This document shows, one piece after another, positions 55,370-64,000 of a DNA stretch of 64,000 nt; within the stretch, counting starts at the first letter, position 1, and every line of letters starts with the position of its first letter. Where the stretch lies: the NCBI RefSeq assembly GCF_009914755.1, contig NC_060933.1; one strand, written 5' to 3'. Position numbers and translations under genes: made by a program. The notes below the pieces were generated by a model. The model ran no database searches. It saw nothing but the letters and a program-made list of their open reading frames with translations, and had not been told where the DNA came from. This DNA comes from the human T2T-CHM13v2.0 reference genome, Homo sapiens.

Positions 55370-55849
55370 ATAGTCTGAGAACAGACTAATACAATAACTC
55401 AGAGATCCTAATTTTGCCAACCTTCAGGAGCTACTCTCCTTTAAATTAAATAATTGAGGACCAAGACAGGTGGCTATAGACTTTATCATGTGATTATGCC
55501 TATGCATTTATGAGAACTTCCCAGGGAATATTTTCAATTGTCACAAATATTTTTTATTTCCATAGACAGCATCTTACTCTGGACTGCTACTGTTTTTTGA
55601 AATTTCCTTCTGCTATCTACCCCAATTGTTGAAACAAAGTTGAAACAGTTCCCTTGCTATTTCCCCAAAATATATCTAAGACCAGCTTATAATATTAACA
55701 ATACAGAAGGTAATTACAAAGAAGAAAAGAACATTTTAAACTGAACACTATAGATCATTGTACCCCAAATCCTCAAGCCATGCTCCTCCACACCATCATT
55801 CTATAGACGATGTGTCACCCCAGTCTCTACCATACAATATATTTCAAAA

Positions 55850-56232
55850 GCTACTCTATTCTGCAAGCTGAGCTAGAAATGTATAATGGCTCAAATGTGA
55901 TGGACTTTTATTTACCACTCACATAAAGTTCAAGGTGGATTTTTATACTTGGAAAGTAGATCTTCATGCAGCAATTCAGGGATCCAGACTCTGCCATCTT
56001 CAAAAGATTGTTTCCAAGGAGACTGTGCTCATCTGCATCAAGCCATAGGATAATGAAGGAGCACAGAGGGTCATATTTGGGAGATCTTTATGAATTGGGC
56101 CTGGAACATTACTCTTTTTCATCTTCCACTGGCTAGAATTCAGTCACATGACCATACCTAGTTGCAAGGGAATTTGGGAAATGTAGCTTAAGTGCACGCC
56201 CAGGAACAAGAGAAAATAGACTTGGTGGACCT
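55850..56232 (-). mobile_element. MaLR LTR (MLT1K/L-like)
   Basis: ATTCAGGGATCCAGACTCTGCCATCTT...CAGTCACATGACCATACCTAGTTGCAAGGGAATTTGGGAAATGTAG. Confidence 0.75.
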
Positions 56233-57494
56233 AGCTTAACCAGTTTCAAAGGGAAAAACCAGTTGATCTCTTCTCCATTAAGCTGTCGCTATCAGATAAC
56301 ACAATAAATCAAAGATAATAAATCTCCTTACAAAGAAAGCGATCCTTTTACAGGATTATATTTATCATCCATTATGGAATAGGAACTTTATATTTGGTCA
56401 CCTGAGAGCCAAACAGAATACCTCTTTAAAAAACATCTGCCCTAAAGGTACATTTTGCTTTTGTCTCTAGAATAATAAAAATATGTCAGTTTTTAGAAAT
56501 AGTGATATCCAATTTTAGGTAACGCCATCATAAGTATATCTATATGTATAAATAAGCCTAACTTTTTACTACTTATAATTAGAAGGAAGTAACTTCTGTT
56601 TTCTTCTGTGGATGAAAGAAGCTTTTCATTCCCTTTATAAATAAGTCTTTTAGAACTACAAGCTTATTCTTCTGAAACTGGGATGCAGGAATAAAGCAGA
56701 GACAAGGGTCATAATGCTCTTTGACTAGGGAGTAACTTCAAGGCATTTATGTGTGCATAGAACATAAAGTTAGCACAATCATTTATAACAAAATCATCAC
56801 AGAACTGATGTGTACATTACAACTTAGATGACTAAATTCAATTTGCTACAACAAACATATTCTAACAAATACAATTTCTTATAAAAACATACAGAGAGTC
56901 AATACAATATCCAATAACAAATATATAAAACGTTTTTGCAGTAATTGTAGCCTCAAGGTTAAGGATTCTATTCTATAGGAAATAACAATAAAACATTATA
57001 CTTAAAGAGGAGAATGTTAAGAAGTCTGGTCATTTTTGGCAAATAAACTGCCTATAAACTCAATGTCACATTGTCCAGATATAGATTATGTTTAGATGTA
57101 CCTTTATCAGGATATTCCCTCAGCCAGTGCTTTGCATTCTCAAAGGTACTTGTGTCATCCATCTTCTTATTCTCTAAAGATTTCTCACTAACTGCAATTA
57201 CGATTTCTGGTCAATGATATCAATACAAATGGTTTTTTATAATTGCTGAATACAAAATTAGGGGCTTATAATTTTCTATTTTCATACTTTCTTTTTAGAA
57301 AATATCCCAAAGGTGTAGCTACTTCAATTATTGAGCAACATGCTAGAAACTTGTCAAAAAGCCAAAGTTAGGCTATTTATTGCCTTCACCTATCCTTATG
57401 TGTACTCTACAAATGTGTTAACCCTGCTCAGAGTGTATGCGCAGGGTTCATGTATGTGTGAGTGAAAATGTGTGCATGTCTTGGCTAGTAAACT

Positions 57495-57962
57495 AGTTAG
57501 GACTCTTCATTGCAAGCTATAGAAATTAACTTTGGGTAACTTAAGCAGAAAAATAATTTGTGGGGACATGTCATTTGGCTCTCAGACAGATGAAAAGCCT
57601 GGGGAACCCAACTTACCAAAGAGGCCGAGATTAAGGGAGGCAGGTTCCTGGGCCTATAACCAAGATCATAAAGTAAGAAAAGTGTGGTTAGGGCACCAGA
57701 GCCACTACTGCTGTTTGCCACTACTTCTATTTTTGCTCCTGTGACACTGGGCATTGATCATGTTGGATGTACACAGCAGAAAATCTATATCCTGCTTGAC
57801 TTAGTTAAGGTTATCTAACCACAGGCAAGCTTCCAGGGTCCAGGAAGAGCCCGTGTCTAGGCTTTTTGACTCCTGGCCTTTGGAAGGCAAGTACCTATCT
57901 GCCAAACCTAAGAGGCTCAATGGTGGGTTAACTAAAAGCAAAGACAGCAAATGGTCACTATA
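57495..57962 (-). mobile_element. Ancient MaLR LTR (late MLT1 group)
   Basis: TTAGGACTCTTCATTGCAAGCTATAGAAATTAACTTTGGGTAACTTAAGCAGAAAA start. Confidence 0.5.
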
Positions 57963-57968
57963 ATGCAT

Positions 57969-58350
57969 TGTAATGTGGAGTCCGACTCAATTTTTGATGC
58001 CTGACTACTGACAGCTTTGAAGCTTCATCCCTTCATTGTCCCTTTGTGCCCTACATTTGGACAAGCAGATAAGAAAGCCTGGGTGCTCCTGCCTTTGATT
58101 CAAACCATGAAGCCCCTGCCATGAAAAACTCTCACCTCAGCGCTACCTTCTAACTATAATAAAAACCCAGGCAGTCACTTTTCCTTGCTCACTTAAGCCA
58201 TCTCAGACCTGCTTGAGAGTAATGCCGTGCTCTCCCACAGACCTCAATTATGTAAGTAATAAACCTTTTAATACTCTCTTGGGGTGTGTGTGGTATCATC
58301 AGTCACAACATCTGAACAAAACCTGGGTGAAGGTCCTTCTGCCTCTACAG
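57969..58350 (+). mobile_element. ERV1-type solo LTR (MER67-like)
   Basis: TTTTTGATGCCTGACTACTGACAGCTTT; ATAAAAACCC TATA-like; GTAAGTAATAAACCTTTT poly(A) signal; GT-rich U5. Confidence 0.6.
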
Positions 58351-59284
58351 ATGACCATAACATGGATTCAAAATATGGTATATTAGAGTGACTTCCTAAA
58401 ATTCTGATGAATTTTTCACAGGATTCCTTTAAATAATAAGCATCCTTAATGCATTCAAAACATGATCTACAATTCCAACAGACTTTCCAGAACTTAATTC
58501 TCTGCATGATGGAAGTAAAGGCAACTCCAAGGTCAACAAGCCACATCCCCTCCTCAGCCTTTTCTGTCTTTCCTCTCCTATTTCCTCCTTCTCCTACCCC
58601 TGCTAGATACTGGGATTACAAAGAAAAGCTCCTTGCTCCTGCTCAATGTCCCAGTCACTTACTTTAGTTTACCCTTCATGATCCCTTCCTACTCCTTCCA
58701 TCCTGCTCTATAACTCCCTCTTCTCCCCACCCCGGCACCACCCACTGTACCCAACCACCTTCCTTACCAGGGAGAAGACAAGAAGGGTTTAATGCCAGAA
58801 TCAAACTATGTACAATGAACCTCTGAGGAGGAAGACAGGGGTGATTGCTGGGCTGAGCCTGCTGTTTCCTTGCCATTCTTTCTCCAGGTCCTCAGATGCC
58901 ATATCATCGTGGGTGTGCTGCCGGGTGGGCATCCCACCTCCAGCCCACAGTGTTCAGTTTCACTTTTTAGTGAGCTGTAATATCTATTTTTCTTGCTTTC
59001 TTTTCCTATTTATTTTGTAAAAATGTACTGAGTTTTATTAAAATATACACCCATAAGAAATAAAGAGATAAGAAAAAGAGAAAAAGAAACAGAAAGAGAG
59101 AGAAATACAGAAAAGAAAGAAAATATTCCAAGTTTTTGAGTGTGAGAGGAGCCTAAGTGCCCAGCTTTGCCTGATGGATAGATGAGAGAGTTTTGAAGCT
59201 ATCTGAGGCTTATTTTCCTGAATGAATAGGAATGAGCTCTTCGTGTGAATTGTAATTTAACTTATACTCTGAATGAAATGATTT

Positions 59285-59700
59285 AGAGCATGTGAAGATG
59301 GAAGGGGCCTTAAGTGAACATCTAGTCCACCCATTCTTACCCCAACTCCCCTTGTAACAGCCTTGGCCAATCTAGCATTCTTGATGAAGTAACCAACCAA
59401 CTTCTACTGGTACATCTCCAGTGAAGGTTAGTTCTTCTTTGGATGCATCTGGCTTATAGGAAATCCTTCCATTTTTGCTTCACTTGAGCTCCCAATTCTT
59501 TTTGGGTCACCCAGAACAGCCCAATATATCTTTTTATATTCAGAAGCCCTGCTTTGAATTATCCAGTATCTTGTCTGCTCACCTATGCCCTCCCCTTTGC
59601 CCAGAAATATCAACTGAAGACTGTAAAGACACGTCTGCATCCATCCTGCCCACTGACTAAAAGCATCAAACGAATACATAGATGACCAAATATTTCTTCC
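59285..59700 (-). mobile_element. L3/CR1 relic
   Basis: GATGGAAGGGGCCTTAAGTGAACATCTAGTCCA; AGGAAATCCTTCC. Confidence 0.45.
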
Positions 59701-62211
59701 CCGTGATGAGCTGTCCATGTGTGCTCTTTAGCCATAATGATTGTGATAAGGGAAAGCCCTTTCTGTGCCATTAAGAACTGATCATGTGATTTATGCTCCA
59801 GCTCCAATAAGCATGTTGAGTATATTATGTGCTGCCTTTACTGGCAAGGAAAGCCAGTTTACTTGCTTCTTCTATAGTAATAAAGCCTCCTTTCTTACTC
59901 TCTGCTGAAAAAAGCGTCTGAATGTGCTTTGGGTTCTAAAGCACCCTATTTATAGCCCCATTGTCAAATGATGTCTATTCATTACAATGCTGGATTTGCA
60001 GGTTATCATTCTGTGTCTGTGAAGGCAGGCACAGATGTATGCATGGGGCATTCCTGGCTGACACAGGAAAGGGAAGTCTTAAGGCTGTCTAGTTTCTGGG
60101 TATCTTCTGAGGATAGGTTGGAAAATATCGTATGAGTTTAAATAAAAGTCCTTCTTAGTCCATAAAGAATGGAGCTGACATTGAATCGACACACAGAAAC
60201 CAGGTAGGCTGTGGGTCCACCCAGAGGAGTTTTTACAGGTCAAAGCCTCCTTGTTTTATTACAGACTCTCATCTTAACATTAGAACTTGATATTTATCAC
60301 AGGTGCACTTCTAAATAAAGTGTTTTAAGAACAATCCATGATTTGTTATTTCCTTGATTTTATTTGATTTCTCTAAGGAGACATTATTCTGGAAGCTTGT
60401 AGAAAATACATTTTGCAGGAATCTTTCATTTTGTACACCTTCCAGTGATCTGGTAAGAGAAAGGAAGAACTTGAGAGAAAAGGCCTAACAAGTATTTATT
60501 TGGTGTTGGAATCTATTCTTGAAGACCAAGAGAGGTAAAAAGCAAAGAAGACAATTTATAACGTATCATCTAGATGCAAACTGGAAAATGCATGGTGGTA
60601 CGCTGGCCTGTTGGAGATAGGAGAATTAGATATTGAGAACCTGGTGACGAAGTGAGGGTGGACTGAGAGGAGACAGAGAGGTGACATCTATACTGGGGCT
60701 TGATGCTTCTGGCTATGAGGATTGATGACTTGTTCCTGCCTTCAAACCTTTGTCCTTACTTCCTCCACTAGAATTCCCTCTTCCTAGATTTTTGTCTGTT
60801 GAAATGCTCTCCTTTCTTTGTGGTTCATAGTAATCTGGAATAGAGGTCATTTGTGCACAAGAGAAACATTTTCCTTGAGAGATTCAAATCCTGAAGTTGG
60901 ATATTTAGTATGTCAAAAGAACCGTTCTCACCTCACTCTATGTATTCCCAATACCATATCATATTCTGATTGCATCTCTCTTAAGGTTCTTGTCATATTC
61001 AGCTGTGTATTAGTTATTTCTCTCTTATTACGAAGTTATTTTAAGGCAAGTACTGTATCTAACTCATCTTTTCATCCTCAGCCAAGCAAAAATGTCTGGT
61101 ATATGGGACCCACCCAATTGGTATCAATTGTCAGACTTACTGGGCTTTTTGAGACACATCTCTGGGTGCTTTTTACAGAAGATAATCTGAGTATTTGAAT
61201 GTGGCAATGTTTGCCCTTTTGACAGGCTTTGAAAGGTTAAGACAATTGCTCAAGTATGTAGTTATTAAGTTGAGGAGCCGAGATATACATCCTGATTGCT
61301 CTACTCTAAATCCCATGTCCCCTAGACAGAACTATCTTTTGAAGGTTAAACAGTTTCATAGAGTTCCACCTGGCCTTGTTTAACTTAACTTTGAATTTTG
61401 TTCCTGTTTGGTGAACTGAGCCCAACGTGTTTCAGATGGGTGTTGTCTCAACTTATTAACGACAAAGGTATATATTTTAATGATAAAACTTTTTATGTTC
61501 CCATTTGAAACTTTGAGCTATCATAGTCCTAGAATCTAGATATCAATGATCTCTTTGAGTCCTTCTGATCTTTTTCACATGAGAAAATGAGGCTGAGAAA
61601 TTATGTGACCTTCCCAGATTACAAAGCGAGTGGCAGAACTGAGATTAGATCCTAGACCTCTGGGTTTATATTTTGTAGATCTTACCATTTCAGCAAACTA
61701 GGTCCCCCATTACTGTGCAGTCTTCACTGCCACCTTTAGTGAATGTCCTTCAGCAAGTTATATGATCTTTTTGTGCCAGAGTTCTAATTAGTGCACCAAG
61801 AAGGTTGCAGTGGTCCACTTCTCAGGGATATTGTGAGGACAATAATTAATAGCTATAAAACATTCTGCAATATGCAGCAGTATACAAACACCAACATGGC
61901 ACAACCAAATCTATTTCACAGTAATTAACTTTATATCCAATAAGGAAGAAATCAGTAGAGCAATTCCTACATGACTTGGCAGAAATGCCTATTGTCTCTG
62001 TATCTTAAGAAAGTGGCCGACAGCCAGAAAAGAGAATCAAACTGTGCTTGCGAATTTATCACAAGATGTTTTGTAGATGAATATTGTTTTTCTTCTTAAA
62101 TATTGTTTTTTAAAGCATGTGCCTTTTCAATGGGAAGGAAGTGCTGATATTTATCAACCATGAGCATAAATCCTCCATGAATAGTAACTATTATGCATAT
62201 CGCATAAATTT

Positions 62212-62529
62212 CAGTTATTCCTTGGTATGCACAGGGAATTGGTTTTAGGACCCTGCAGATATCAAAATGTGTGAGTTCTCAAGTCCCTTATATAAAATGG
62301 TATAGTATTTGCATATAAGCTATGCAAATACCTCCTATATACTTTAAATAATCCCTGTATTACTTATAATACCTAATACTATATCAATGTTATATAAATT
62401 TTTGTTGTACTGTATTATTTTTCTATTTGCTTTATTTTTAATGTTATTTTTATTTTTTGAAAAAATACTTTTGATCTGCAGTTTGTTGAATTCTCAAACA
62501 CGGAAGCTGTGGATATGAAGGGCCAACTG
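62212..62529. mobile_element. MER2 TcMar-Tigger element
   Basis: CAGTTATTCCTTGGTATGCACAGG...GTGGATATGAAGGGCCAACTG termini; CTCAAGTCCCTTATATAAAATGG core. Confidence 0.9.
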
Positions 62530-62561
62530 CATTTTTATTATAAAATAAACGCACAGCAAAG

Positions 62562-62690
62562 GTTATTTTATCCCCATTTTATAGATGAAAGAATCACGGC
62601 TCAGATTAAGTAACTTTATTAGCATCAATTCAGCTAATAAATGCTGAAGGCAGGATTTCAACCTGTATCTACTATATTCCAAGGATTTTT
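62562..62690 (-). mobile_element. MIR SINE
   Basis: ATCCCCATTTTATAGATGAAAGAATCACGGCTCAGA. Confidence 0.75.
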
Positions 62691-62696
62691 TCTCCA

Positions 62697-64000
62697 AATT
62701 TTTAACTGTTGTAAATACATATAACATACAATTTACCATCTTAACCATTTTTAAGTGTTCACTTCAGTGATATTAAGTACACTCATAATGTTATGCCACC
62801 ATTACCAATATCCATATCCAGAACTCTCTTCATCTTGTAAAACTGAAACGCTATGCTATTAAACAAAAACTTCCCTTTCCCCTGTCTTCCATACCATCAA
62901 TCCCTATTCTACTTTCTGTTTCTATGGTATTAACTAATCTAAGGACCTAATATAGGTGGAATCACAGTATTTGCCTTTTTGTTACTGGATTAGCTCAGTT
63001 AGAAAAATATCTTCAAGAATCATCCATATTGTAGTGCATGTCAGAATTTCATTTCTTTTTTAGGCTGACTGATAACCTATTGTATCTATATACCACATTT
63101 TGCTTACCTATTCATTCACTGGATGAATAGGTGGACATTTGGGTTGTACTATAGTTTGGGTGTTTGTCGTCCCAAACCTCAGGTTGAAATCTGATCCCCT
63201 GTGTTGGAGATGGGGCCCACTGGGACGTGTTCTGTTCATTGGTGCAGATCCCCTAAAAATAGATTAATGCTCTCCACTGTAAGCAGGTGAGTGAGTTCTC
63301 TGTTGGCTCCTGGGATAACTGGTTGTTGAAAAGAGCCTGGCACCTCCTTCATCTCCCTCTTGCTTCCTCTCTTGCCATGGCATCTCTGCACTTACTGGCT
63401 ACCCTTCACCTTCTGCCATGAGTAGAAGCAACCTGAGGCCTTTACCAGACACAGATGCTGGCACCATGCTTTTTGTACAGCCAGCTAAATCGTGAGCCAA
63501 ATAAACCTATTTTCTTTGTAAATTACTTAGCCTCAGGTATTCCTTTATTACACCACAAAACAGACTAAGACAGGTTGCTTCTACACTTCAGCTGTTGTGA
63601 GTAATGCTTGTATGAAATTGGGTATACATATGCTTTTCAAGGTCCTGCTTTTAGTTCTTCTGGGTATATACCCAGAAGTGAAACTGCTAGATTGTATAGT
63701 AATTCTATTTTTTAATTTTTTGAGGAACTTTTATCCTCTTTTCCAAAGCAGGAGTACCACTTTATTTTCCCACTAATAGTGCAAAAGTTTTTAATTTATC
63801 TGCATCCTTGCTAACACTTCTTATTTTCTGTTATTTTGATAGTTGTCATCTTAATGGGTGTGAGATGGTATCTTGTTGTAGTTTTGACTTTCACCCTAAT
63901 AATTATTAATGTTGATCATCTTTTCAAGGGCTTATTGGCCATTTTTATACATGTTATTTGGAGAAATGTTTAAGTCCTTTGTACCTTTTTGAATCAGTTT
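62697..64000 (-). mobile_element. L1MB 3' end running off the window, interrupted by an MST LTR
   Basis: AATACATATAACATACAATTTACCATCTTAACCATTTTTAAGTG; GGGTATATACCCAGAAGTG. Confidence 0.9.
63147..63572 (+). mobile_element. MSTB/MSTB1-like solo LTR
   Basis: TACTATAGTTTGGGTGTTTGTC...CAGACTAAGACA; perfect TSD GGTTG at 63142-63146 and 63573-63577. Confidence 0.92.

Overview
Human (primate) non-coding genomic DNA; the near-consensus AluYb8 points to human. The window is AT-rich, CpG-depleted and densely covered by interspersed repeats, consistent with a large intron or gene desert. I find no supportable protein-coding exon, tRNA, rRNA or CpG island. All listed ORFs are short and either repeat-derived (Alu, L1 ORF2 remnants, THE1/MST) or without a recognisable product. 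Annotatable content: nine Alu segments, including a young AluYb8; a 4.1 kb antisense L1MC; an L1MB 3' end; a full-length THE1B and an internally deleted MSTA provirus; many MaLR/ERVL solo LTRs; L2, MIR and L3 relics; MER DNA transposons; microsatellites. Repeat subfamily names come from remembered consensus sequences and most old-repeat boundaries are approximate. The most interesting signals are local templated-copy scars visible directly in the sequence: (1) a ~95 bp inverted, apparently reciprocal copy between two sites 1.9 kb apart inside the L1MC; (2) an 82 bp, 96%-identical non-tandem duplication 2.2 kb apart, with one copy bracketed by a 7 bp direct repeat; (3) a fold-back duplication at an MSTA LTR end. 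I cannot identify the locus and cannot support a claim of a new biological system.
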